This document shows, one piece after another, positions 9,296 through 18,462 of a DNA stretch of 64,000 nucleotides. The position numbers were made by a program, and so were the translations under genes. This DNA comes from an uncultured Acidobacteriota bacterium (GTDB lineage: Bacteria; Acidobacteriota; Thermoanaerobaculia; UBA5066). The DNA lies in contig CAVZYA010000001.1 of the NCBI GenBank assembly GCA_963779415.1, positions 928,001 to 992,000 on the forward strand, written 5' to 3'. A model generated the notes under the pieces. The model was given only the letters and a program-made list of their open reading frames with translations. It did no database searches and was not told the origin of the DNA. Numbering within the stretch: position 1 is the first letter of the stretch; every line of letters starts with the position of its first letter.

Positions 9296-10195
9296 CTACT
9301 TCAGGTTCTCCCGGAGGAAGGCGAGCGTCGCCGCCCACGCCTTCTCGGAGGCTTTCATGTTGGCGCCGTCGCGCCCCGTCTGCTGCCGGAGAAAGCCGTG
9401 CCCGGCTCCTTCGAAGACCATCGGCGTGTAGCGCTTCCCGAGCTTCTTCATCTCCGCCTCGGCCTGCGGGATCGTCGCGTCGACCCGCGCGTCGTCGCCT
9501 CCGTAGAGGCCGAGAACCGGGGCCGCGATCTTTGCGTAGGCCGCCGGATCGGACGGCGAGGTGCCGTAGTAGACGACCGCGGCGTCGAGCTTCGGCTGCG
9601 CGACGGCGTAGGCGAAGCTGGAGGTTCCGCCCCAGCAGAAGCCCACCGTGCCGGACTTTCCGCTCGCGGCCGGCAGCTTCAGGGCGTAGTCACGCACCGC
9701 GTCGAGCCGCACCGCGACCATCTCGGGAGTCAGATTGCGGATCGTCTTCGTGACGTCGGCGCCGAGGGCATCGGTCCCGCCGCCATTCGGTCCCATTCCG
9801 GAGAGAAGGTCGGGCGCGAGAGCGATGAAGCCCTCCTTCGCGAGCTGGTCCGTCACGCCCCTCACCCAGTCCGTCAGGCCGAAGATCTCGTGAATGACGA
9901 GGACGACTCCCGCCTTCCCCTTCTTCTCCGGGTAGACGACCCACGTCAGGAGCTTTCCGCCATCGGGGAGCTTGATGTCCACCCATTCCCCGTGGCGCGG
10001 AGATTTCGCGAGCGCTCCCTTCGCCTGGTCGGCGTCCGGAGGCAGCGCCTCGTTTCGCGGCGCGGCCGTTGCCGTCGCGGGCGCCGCCGGCTCTCCCATC
10101 GTGTGTCCGGCGTGAGCGTCGTCCTGGGCCGACGCGGAGAGAGCGAAGGCGCCGGCCGCGAGCGCCCCTCCAAGTACCCATGAAGCCTTCTTCAT
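9296..10195 (-). CDS. Exported dienelactone hydrolase family protein
   Basis: Signal peptide; VIHEIFGL, nucleophile GFCWGG, GAGHGF. Confidence 0.92.
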   Translation of the reverse strand: MKKASWVLGGALAAGAFALSASAQDDAHAGHTMGEPAAPATATAAPRNEALPPDADQAKGALAKSPRHGEWVDIKLPDGGKLLTWVVYPEKKGKAGVVLVIHEIFGLTDWVRGVTDQLAKEGFIALAPDLLSGMGPNGGGTDALGADVTKTIRNLTPEMVAVRLDAVRDYALKLPAASGKSGTVGFCWGGTSSFAYAVAQPKLDAAVVYYGTSPSDPAAYAKIAAPVLGLYGGDDARVDATIPQAEAEMKKLGKRYTPMVFEGAGHGFLRQQTGRDGANMKASEKAWAATLAFLRENLK

Positions 10196-10311
10196 CGATT
10201 TTTCCCCCTCATCTCGCGGCTCACCTTATCGCAGCCGCCCGTCTCCTGGTTAATGGGCCTCATTGCCTTCCCCGGATCCGGGTTGCATAGGGTGTTCAGG
10301 AGGTCTCCGCC

Positions 10312-11574
10312 ATGCATCCAGGGAAGCATCTCCTGCGCCTGTCGCTGGTCGCACTCCTCGCGTTCCCGGCCGAAGGCCTCGCCCAAGACCTCCTCGGCAA
10401 CTCGTTCTTCGACACGAACCTCGAAAGCTGGACCAGCTTCGGACCCAGCGGCTCCTACGCCAACGCGTGGGACCCGCTCGACTCCGCGGGCTCGCCGACA
10501 TCTGGCTCGGCTCTCCTGACGAACAGCGCCCCGGACCCCACGAGGTCGAGCGGACTGTTCCAGTGCGTCCCGGTCGAGCCGGGCACGTCATACGTCGCCG
10601 CGATGAAGGTCCGCGTGCCAGGCACGGTCACCGCGACCGGTTACCCCGCCCTTCAGGTCAACTGGTACACGGGGGTGACCTGCAGCGGAACGATCACCCC
10701 GACCAGCGCGCAGTTCCATCCCTCCGCCGACACCTGGACGGCGGTGGCGACGGCCCCGCTCACGTCGCCCGCGAACGCGGCATCGGCGTACGTGATGCCT
10801 TACATCTTCAAGAGCAGCGCCGGAGGCGTCTTCACGGCCTGGGTCGACGACGTCACCCTGATGCCGAACAGCGTGACGCTGACCATCCCGGCATCGGCCT
10901 CGATCCACGGGGTACCCCCCACCTTCTTCCATACGGACCTTTGGATCGTGAACAATTCCTTCCAGAACTTGGCGACGGTCACATTCCGCCACAGATGCTT
11001 CGCCACACAGTCGTGCGGCGGGGGGACATCGGCCGTTGGCATCCCGGCCGGCGGCACGGGGTATTTCCGGGACGTCATCGGGGCCACCTTCGGGGATCCG
11101 GAGACATCCGGCGCCATCGAGATCGCCTACGACCCATCGGTGGCGGGGATCACCGCCGGCTCCCGGACATACACGCCGGAAGAGACCCCCACGAACGGCG
11201 CGGGGATCCCGGCTCTCCTGCGACGCGAGGCGAAGACGCGCGGCGTCTTCTGGGGACTCTCGGCGAACGCCGGCAGCCAGAACGGCGGGTTCCGATCCAA
11301 CGCGGGCGCGTACAACCCGAATGACAGTTCCGTGGACGTGACGTTTACGATGTACGACACTAACGGCAGCATCGCCGGTAGCCCGTGGATGAGGACGCTC
11401 GGGCCCCACGAGCCGTACCAGGCGGACATCTTCAAGGTCACGGGGAACGGCTCGGTCGCGACGGTGAGCTACTCCCTCCGGATGACGGCGACCGCTCCGG
11501 TTTTCGGCTACGTCACGGTCGTCGACAACCTCTCCGGCGACCAGATCTTCATCAACGCCGCAGACGACCGGTAG
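10312..11574 (+). CDS. Secreted hypothetical protein (CBM/galactose-binding-like N-domain plus uncharacterised C-domain)
   Basis: AGGAGG RBS, signal peptide, LLGNSFFD...W start and WVDDVTL end of a beta-sandwich-like domain; Ser/Thr/Gly-rich. Confidence 0.75.
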   Translation: MHPGKHLLRLSLVALLAFPAEGLAQDLLGNSFFDTNLESWTSFGPSGSYANAWDPLDSAGSPTSGSALLTNSAPDPTRSSGLFQCVPVEPGTSYVAAMKVRVPGTVTATGYPALQVNWYTGVTCSGTITPTSAQFHPSADTWTAVATAPLTSPANAASAYVMPYIFKSSAGGVFTAWVDDVTLMPNSVTLTIPASASIHGVPPTFFHTDLWIVNNSFQNLATVTFRHRCFATQSCGGGTSAVGIPAGGTGYFRDVIGATFGDPETSGAIEIAYDPSVAGITAGSRTYTPEETPTNGAGIPALLRREAKTRGVFWGLSANAGSQNGGFRSNAGAYNPNDSSVDVTFTMYDTNGSIAGSPWMRTLGPHEPYQADIFKVTGNGSVATVSYSLRMTATAPVFGYVTVVDNLSGDQIFINAADDR

Positions 11575-11647
11575 GAGACGGGCCTCCCCGGAAGAGGCAT
11601 GATCCCCGCGCCCGGCTCGCCACGAAGCGGACGGGCGGAGGACGACG

Positions 11648-14600
11648 TTGCGCCAACTCTTCCGAATCGCCGGCCTCGCTCTTTTCGGAACCTGCGCCTT
11701 CGCGGCTGCCGTCGAAAGCTACCCGCCCGACCTCTTCCGGGAGATGCACTGGCGGATGATCGGCCCGTTTCGCGGAGGGCGAACGGTCGGCGCGGCGGGT
11801 GTCCCCGGCCACCGCGGCGTCTTCTACGTCGGCGTGAACAACGGCGGGGTCTGGAAGACGAACGACTACGGCCTCACCTGGACCCCGATCTTCGACGGCC
11901 AGCCGACGCAGTCGGTCGGCACGCTGGCCGTCGCCCCCTCGGACCCGAATGTCCTCTATGTCGGGAGCGGCGAAGGACTGCAGCGCCCGGACCTCTCCGT
12001 GGGGGACGGGATCTACCGGTCGACGGACGGCGGGAAGAGCTGGAAGCACGGCGCTCTTCGCGACGGGGAGCAGATCCCGGCGATCCTCGTCGACCCGCGC
12101 GACCCGAAGACGCTCCTCGTCGCCGTCCTCGGCCATCCTTACGGACCGAGCGAGGAGCGGGGCGTCTTCCGCTCGACGAACGGCGGGGAGAGCTTCCGGA
12201 AGGTTCTCTACAGGAACGAGAACACCGGGGCGGTTGCCCTCGCCGCCGATCCGAAGAACCCCGAGGTCGTCTACGCGGCCCTCTGGGAGGCGAGGCAGGG
12301 ACCGTGGGAGAACGGCGATTTCCGCGGGCCCGGGAGCGGCCTCTACAAGTCGGCCGACGGAGGGAAGAGCTGGAAGCCCCTCGGGAACGGGCTGCCGACC
12401 TTCGCGGAGGGACTCGGGCGGATCGGGCTCGCGGTGGCCCCGAGCGACCCGAGAAGGCTCTACGCCGTCGTCGAGGCGGCTCCCGCTCACGGAGGCCTCT
12501 TCCGGTCGGACGACCGAGGCGAGAGCTGGCGGCGCGTCAATACGGAGATGCGTGTCTGGGGGCGCGCCGACGACTTCGCGGAAGTGAAGGTCGACCCGAA
12601 GAACGCCGACGTCGTCTGGCTGGCCAACACCTCGACGTACCGCTCGACGGACGGTGGGAAGAGCTTCATCGCCGTGAAGGGGGCTCCGGGGGGCGACGAC
12701 TACCACACGATCTGGATCGACCCCGACGACCCGAAGACGATCCTCCTCGCGAGCGACCAGGGGGCGACGCTGACCGTGAACGGCGGCGAGAGCTGGAGCA
12801 GCTGGTACAACCAGCCGACCGCGCAGCTCTACCACGTCTCGACGGACAGCCGCTTCCCCTACTGGGTCTACGGCGGGCAGCAGGAGAGCGGCTCGGTCGG
12901 AATCGCGAGCCGCGGCGACTACGGCACCATCACCCTCAGGGACTGGTATCCCGTCGGCGCCGACGAGTACGCCTACGTGGCCCCCGACCCGCTGAACCCC
13001 GACGTCGTGTACGGGGGGAAGGTCTCGCGCTTCTCCCATTCGACGAAGGACGTGCAGGACGTCAGCCCCGAAGCGGTCCGCTCCGGAAAGTACCGTTTCC
13101 TTCGCACCGAACCGGTCGTCTTCTCCCCCGCCGATCCTCACGTTCTCTTCTTCGCCGGGAACGTCCTCTTCAGGACGACGACCGGCGGGAAGAGCTGGGA
13201 CGTCATCTCTCCCGACCTTTCGCGCGAGGCCCCCGAGGTCCCACCGAGCGTCGGCGTCTACCAAAAGCCCGAGGTCGAGAAGTCGCTGAAGGAGCACCGC
13301 CGGGGCGTCATCTACGCCGTGGCTCCGTCGCCCCTCGACGTGAACCTGATCTGGGCGGGGACCGACGACGGGCTCATTCACGTCACGAAGGACGGCGGGA
13401 AGAGCTGGTCGAATGTCACGCCGCCGGCCCTCACTTCGTGGAGCAAGGTCTCGATGCTGGAAGCCTCGCGCTTCGACGCCGGGACGGCGTATGCCGCGAT
13501 CAACCGGATCCGAATCGACGACCTCAAGCCGCACGTCCTCCGGACGCGCGACTTCGGGGCGACCTGGACCGAAATCGTTGCCGGGCTTCCAGAGAACGCT
13601 CCCGTCAACGCCGTCCGCGAGGACCCGGTCCGGAGAGGGCTCCTCTACGCCGCCACCGAGCGGGGTGTCGGCGTCTCCTTCGACGACGGCGAGAGCTGGC
13701 AATCGCTCCAGCTCAATCTCCCCGCCACTTCGGTTCGGGACCTCGTCGTCCACGAGGACGACCTCGTCGTCGGGACGCACGGGCGCTCCTTCTGGATCCT
13801 CGACGACGTGACCCCGCTCCGGCAGCTCGCGGCCGGGACTCTGAATTCGCCCGCCCACCTCTTCGCGCCACAGCTCGCCACGCGCGTCCGCAGAAGCCGG
13901 TACACCGACACTCCGATGCCGCCGGAAGAGCCCGCCGGCGAGAATCCTCCCGACGGCGCCATCATCAACTACTACCTGAAGTCTCAGCCGGCGAGTCCCG
14001 TGACCCTGGAGATCCTCGACGCAAACGGCGCTGTCGTTCGCCGGTACTCCAGCACCGACCTCCCCGAGCCGATCGATCCCGCCCTCAACGTCCCGACCTA
14101 CTGGGTCCGTCCGCCGCGAATCCTCGCGAGCGGGCCCGGCCTCCACCGCTTCGTCTGGGACTTCCGATATCCCGACCCCCCGGCGTCCGAGCACGACTAT
14201 CCGATTTCGGCCGTCTACCGCGACACCCCGCGCGTCCCGCAGGGGGTTCTCGCCCTGCCGGGCCCTTACACGGTGAAGCTGACCGTCGACGGGAAAAGCA
14301 CCACGCAGCCGCTCGAGATTCGGATGGATCCCCGCGTCCCGACGCCGCCCGAAGGGCTCGCCGAGCAGTTCGCCCTCGCCATGAGGATCAGCGCCGCGCT
14401 CGAGAAGAACGACCGGGCCCTGAAAAGCGTCCGGGCTTATCGCGCGAAGCTCAAGGAGCGGATCGCGAAGGCTTCCGATCCCGCGGAGAGGGAGAAGTTC
14501 GAAGCTCTCGACGCGAAAGCCTCCGCGCTCGAAGGCGTCCGCAGCGGGCGCCGCGGCCGCCGCGGGGCGGCCACGGCCGAGATGGACTTCGGCCGGATTG

Positions 14601-14749
14601 CGGGCGCGCTTCTCGGGCTCCTCGACATCGTGGAATCGACCGACGCCGCCCCGACGATGCAGGCCGTCACCGCGACGGGCGATGTCGAGAAAGCCCTCCA
14701 CGCGGCGCTCGCGCGATGGGAAAGCGTCCCCGCGATTTCGAAGGAATAG
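11648..14749 (+). CDS. Exported VPS10/sortilin-like BNR (Asp-box) repeat beta-propeller protein
   Basis: TTG start with GGAGG RBS, signal peptide, WRMIGPFRGGR, many SxDGGxSW Asp-boxes, helical C-terminus. Confidence 0.88.
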   Translation: MRQLFRIAGLALFGTCAFAAAVESYPPDLFREMHWRMIGPFRGGRTVGAAGVPGHRGVFYVGVNNGGVWKTNDYGLTWTPIFDGQPTQSVGTLAVAPSDPNVLYVGSGEGLQRPDLSVGDGIYRSTDGGKSWKHGALRDGEQIPAILVDPRDPKTLLVAVLGHPYGPSEERGVFRSTNGGESFRKVLYRNENTGAVALAADPKNPEVVYAALWEARQGPWENGDFRGPGSGLYKSADGGKSWKPLGNGLPTFAEGLGRIGLAVAPSDPRRLYAVVEAAPAHGGLFRSDDRGESWRRVNTEMRVWGRADDFAEVKVDPKNADVVWLANTSTYRSTDGGKSFIAVKGAPGGDDYHTIWIDPDDPKTILLASDQGATLTVNGGESWSSWYNQPTAQLYHVSTDSRFPYWVYGGQQESGSVGIASRGDYGTITLRDWYPVGADEYAYVAPDPLNPDVVYGGKVSRFSHSTKDVQDVSPEAVRSGKYRFLRTEPVVFSPADPHVLFFAGNVLFRTTTGGKSWDVISPDLSREAPEVPPSVGVYQKPEVEKSLKEHRRGVIYAVAPSPLDVNLIWAGTDDGLIHVTKDGGKSWSNVTPPALTSWSKVSMLEASRFDAGTAYAAINRIRIDDLKPHVLRTRDFGATWTEIVAGLPENAPVNAVREDPVRRGLLYAATERGVGVSFDDGESWQSLQLNLPATSVRDLVVHEDDLVVGTHGRSFWILDDVTPLRQLAAGTLNSPAHLFAPQLATRVRRSRYTDTPMPPEEPAGENPPDGAIINYYLKSQPASPVTLEILDANGAVVRRYSSTDLPEPIDPALNVPTYWVRPPRILASGPGLHRFVWDFRYPDPPASEHDYPISAVYRDTPRVPQGVLALPGPYTVKLTVDGKSTTQPLEIRMDPRVPTPPEGLAEQFALAMRISAALEKNDRALKSVRAYRAKLKERIAKASDPAEREKFEALDAKASALEGVRSGRRGRRGAATAEMDFGRIAGALLGLLDIVESTDAAPTMQAVTATGDVEKALHAALARWESVPAISKE

Positions 14750-14815
14750 CATCTTCGCAGTATCACGACCCGGACAGGCCGCCGGATCGGGCCCGATGAC
14801 ACCCGTCCGGGAGCC

Positions 14816-15424
14816 CTATTTCCCGGAGGTCATCTGGATGCTGGCGATGGGACGGGCCCCCCCTCCCGAGTAGCTCTTCAGGTCGAACTCGCCGTTCGCG
14901 ATTCTGGGCTGCAGCGAGGGTATGACGATTCCCTCGCCCTTTCCGTCGGGGCCGACCGTGATCTCGACCATTCCGATGTCGTAGTCGACGATTGCCAGTT
15001 GTGTGTACTCGGCCACCATCGACATCGGCCGGGCGGCGACGAAGAGGACTTTACGGCCACCGTTTGGAAGCGCCGTCGCCCGGATGATGGGAATCGGGTA
15101 GCCCACTCTCGAGGCGAAGCGGACCCAGCCTCTCTGGTCCGCATTGAAGAGTGCGTTGACGAAGGCCGTCTGGCCTTTCTCCCTGAACAGGGTCTCCCAC
15201 TGCGTGATCTCGGCGTCGGTACTCAGACTGTCCACGCGAGCCTGGAACATGGTCGTCTCAGGGCCGACCCCTCCCATCGTCGGGACGACGCCGGAGAAGG
15301 CGAGGGGCAGCGGCATCTGCGCCGCCGGCACGGCCGGCGCCCCGGACGAGGCCGAGGGCGAGCCGGAGCAGCCGAGAATCGTCATCGCGAAAAGCAGGAA
15401 AAAAGGGAGCGTTCTCCTGGACAT
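14816..15424 (-). CDS. Hypothetical lipoprotein (202 aa)
   Basis: MSRRTLPFFLLFAMTILGC lipobox-like signal, Ser/Ala/Pro linker, globular domain ending ...DGKGEG... Confidence 0.72.
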   Translation of the reverse strand: MSRRTLPFFLLFAMTILGCSGSPSASSGAPAVPAAQMPLPLAFSGVVPTMGGVGPETTMFQARVDSLSTDAEITQWETLFREKGQTAFVNALFNADQRGWVRFASRVGYPIPIIRATALPNGGRKVLFVAARPMSMVAEYTQLAIVDYDIGMVEITVGPDGKGEGIVIPSLQPRIANGEFDLKSYSGGGARPIASIQMTSGK

Positions 15425-15666
15425 GACCCTGCGCCTTTCTTTCAGGCTGGTGGACTCTCGACTCTGAGGATCGTCATACCCTCGCCGACAGCGAGTCTCC
15501 CACACACCGCCGCCCCTGACTGTCCCGGGTCGCTTCCTCGAACGCCTCGACCGGAATCGGGAATAGACTTCCCCCAGTAACACGACCCTGACGGGCCGCC
15601 GGATTGAGCGCTGCCGCGCCGGGGGGCACGACCCGCCCCTTCCTCCGACCCGGGGAGGCACTTGGC

Positions 15667-18399
15667 ATGGGCCTCTCCGCCGGCACGAAGCTCGGCCCAT
15701 ACGAAGTCCTTGCCCCTGTCGGCGCGGGGGGGATGGGTGAGGTTTACCGGGCGAGGGACACGCGACTGGGGCGAGAGGTAGCGGTCAAGGTCCTGCCGGA
15801 GAATTTCCTGGAAAGTGAAGAAGGAAAAGCGCGCTTCGAGAGGGAAGCTCGCGCGCTCGCGGCGCTGAACCACCCGAACATCGCAGTTGTCTACGCATTC
15901 GAAGAGATCCCCGGCTCTTCCGGCTCCCCGTCTCGCCACCTCCTCGCTATGGAGCTTCTGGAGGGCCAGACGTTACGCGAGGCGCTGGCCAAAGGGCCGC
16001 TTGTACTCCGGAAAGCTCTCGACATCGGGCTGCAGGTGGCGGAAGGGCTCGCGGCAGCGCACGGGAAGGGGGTCGTCCACCGCGACGTCAAGCCGGAAAA
16101 CATCTTCCTGACGAAGGACGGCCACGCCAAGCTCCTCGACTTCGGCCTGGCCCGGCACGACGTCTCCCGCCACGACGCCTCCGACACACGGTCTCCCACG
16201 CTCGCGGCAGTAAGCGAAAAGGGGGTCGTCCTCGGGACGGTGGCTTACATGTCGCCGGAGCAGGCGCGAGGGGAGACCGTCGACTTTCGGAGCGACCAGT
16301 TCTCGCTCGGGACGGTTCTCTACGAGATGCTGACAGGTGAGCGCCCGTTTGTCCGCGACTCCGCGGCCGAGACGATGGCAGCCATCATCCGGGACGAGCA
16401 GGACCCGGTGACGAAGGTCGATCCGAAGCTTCCGCCGGTTCTCGGCTGGGTCGTCCAGCAATGTCTCTCGAAGGATCCGGAGGAGCGTTATTCCTCGACC
16501 AAAGACCTCGCAAAGGAGCTTCAGAACCTCCTGACGCACCTCTCCGAGGCCGTCAGTGCGACCGACCTAGCGCCCGGCGAAACGCCGCGTCTCCGCCGCC
16601 GGGTTCCCTTCTGGGCGCTGGCGGCTGCTGTCGTGTTCGCCGTCGCACTCGGCCTCTTCGTGGGCAACCGATTCGTTCGAACCGGATCTCCTCGGGCTTC
16701 GTCCCTCAGCCTTACGCTTTCGTTCCCGGTCGATGCGGCACCAGATACAAGCGAAGTGAACCCGCTTGCCCTCACACCCGACGGGAAGACCCTCGTCTAC
16801 TCGGGATCCAACAGTGGCAAATCGATGCTCTTCGTCCGCCGGCTCGACCTCGACGAGATCAAGCCGATCCCGGGGACTGAAGGGGCGTGCCTTCCGTTCA
16901 TCTCCCCGGACGGTCTGGAGGTTGGCTTCTTCGCCAATAGAAAGCTGAAGAAGGCGGCGCTCGGCGGAGGCCCCCCGATCGTTCTTTGCGATGCTCCGGT
17001 CTCCCGCGGGGGGAGCTGGGGGAGGGACGGAACGATCGTCTTCGCGCCGAGCGCGATTTCGGGTCTCTGGCGTATCCCGGCGTCGGGTGGAGAGCTGCGA
17101 CAGCTGACGACTCCGGATGCCGCGAACGGCGAGAGACACTACTTTCCGCAGTTCCTTCCGGACGGAGAGCACATCCTCTTCGATCTCAAGGACCGGAATC
17201 TGACGAGCCGGGCCGCCGTCGTATCTCTTCGCACGGGCGAGACGCGGATCGTGGCTCAGGACACCGCGAACCCCCGGTTTCTACCGACCGGGCATCTCGT
17301 CTTCTCGCGCCCCGGCACGCTCTTCGCCGTCCCTTTCAATCTGCAGCGTCTCGAAACGTCCGGCGCTCCTCTTCCGATCCTCGACGATCTTGTGACGAGT
17401 TGGGCCGGAATAGCCCAGGCCTATTACGCGTTCTCGCAGGAAGGGACGCTCGTCTACGTACCCGACCAGCAGCTTCGGCGGACACTCGTCTGGGTGGACC
17501 GGAAAGGCGCGGCGGAGCGGCTTCCTTTTCCCCCCGCGGGCTACTACGAAGTGGCCCTTTCGACCGATGGAGAGCGGCTCGCGGCCACCACTGCTGACAA
17601 AGGCGAAAAAGAGGCGCTCCTGATCGGCGATCTCGCCCGGGGAACACTCAGCCGTTCCACGGCGGACGGAGCTTTCCACGGTCTGGCCTGGGCGCCCGAC
17701 GGAAAACGGGTTGCCTTCAGCTTCGCGCCTGGCGGAAGAGGGCTTCTTCACGTCTACTGGCAGGACGCCGATGGAAGCACGCCGCCCGTGCGCATGACGG
17801 GCGAGTCGGCGGAGCAATCAGACCACCCTGCTTCTTTCTCGCCCGACGGCAACGTCCTGCTGGTCAAGGTGTGGAACTACGCCGACACCAGCCCCACCCG
17901 CACGGGCTGGGACCTCTTCGTCCTTCCGCTCGGCGGGGGGAGAACACCCCGTCCCTTCCTCCAGACAAAGTTCAATGAAGTCAACGCCCAGTTCTCGCCT
18001 GACGGCCGATGGGTCGCGTACGAGTCGGACGAGTCCGGGCGCCTTGAGGTCTTCGTCCGGCCGTTTCCGGGACCGGGTGGAAAGTGGCAAATCTCGACGG
18101 AAGGGGGGAGCGGTCCGCGCTGGCTCCGCAACGGGCGGGAGCTTTGCTACCGGAACGAGGACAAGATGATGGTCGTGGATGTCGAGACCAAGCCGACGTT
18201 TCGGCCCGGGCGGCCACGGACGCTCTTCGAGGGGCATTATTTGCAGCTATTCGAGGGTTGCCATGACTATGACGTCGCACCCGACGGCCAGCGATTCCTG
18301 ATGATCAAACCGGACCCCGCCGAGTCGGGCCCGGCCCACGTCAAGGTCGTCCTGAACTGGTTCGAGGAGGTGAAGCGGCGAGTCCCGGGGGCGAAGTGA
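15667..18399 (+). CDS. K3: Ser/Thr protein kinase with TM helix and TolB-like propeller
   Basis: ATG at 15667 after GGAGG; [26 protein letters not shown]; TM VPFWALAAAVVFAVALGLFVG. Confidence 0.93.
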   Translation: MGLSAGTKLGPYEVLAPVGAGGMGEVYRARDTRLGREVAVKVLPENFLESEEGKARFEREARALAALNHPNIAVVYAFEEIPGSSGSPSRHLLAMELLEGQTLREALAKGPLVLRKALDIGLQVAEGLAAAHGKGVVHRDVKPENIFLTKDGHAKLLDFGLARHDVSRHDASDTRSPTLAAVSEKGVVLGTVAYMSPEQARGETVDFRSDQFSLGTVLYEMLTGERPFVRDSAAETMAAIIRDEQDPVTKVDPKLPPVLGWVVQQCLSKDPEERYSSTKDLAKELQNLLTHLSEAVSATDLAPGETPRLRRRVPFWALAAAVVFAVALGLFVGNRFVRTGSPRASSLSLTLSFPVDAAPDTSEVNPLALTPDGKTLVYSGSNSGKSMLFVRRLDLDEIKPIPGTEGACLPFISPDGLEVGFFANRKLKKAALGGGPPIVLCDAPVSRGGSWGRDGTIVFAPSAISGLWRIPASGGELRQLTTPDAANGERHYFPQFLPDGEHILFDLKDRNLTSRAAVVSLRTGETRIVAQDTANPRFLPTGHLVFSRPGTLFAVPFNLQRLETSGAPLPILDDLVTSWAGIAQAYYAFSQEGTLVYVPDQQLRRTLVWVDRKGAAERLPFPPAGYYEVALSTDGERLAATTADKGEKEALLIGDLARGTLSRSTADGAFHGLAWAPDGKRVAFSFAPGGRGLLHVYWQDADGSTPPVRMTGESAEQSDHPASFSPDGNVLLVKVWNYADTSPTRTGWDLFVLPLGGGRTPRPFLQTKFNEVNAQFSPDGRWVAYESDESGRLEVFVRPFPGPGGKWQISTEGGSGPRWLRNGRELCYRNEDKMMVVDVETKPTFRPGRPRTLFEGHYLQLFEGCHDYDVAPDGQRFLMIKPDPAESGPAHVKVVLNWFEEVKRRVPGAK

Positions 18400-18462
18400 G
18401 TTGAGAGCCTCCGAATCAACCCGATTGCGGGGCTAGAATCTCCGCGGTAGCACCAAAACGAA

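Noticed and set aside
11552-14799. Very long antisense or alternate-frame ORFs (also 1155-3185, 33140-35230, 52756-55950, 53940-56993, 59093-61426)
   Set aside because: Shadow ORFs expected in high-GC coding DNA; Arg/Pro/Gly-rich and without family motifs
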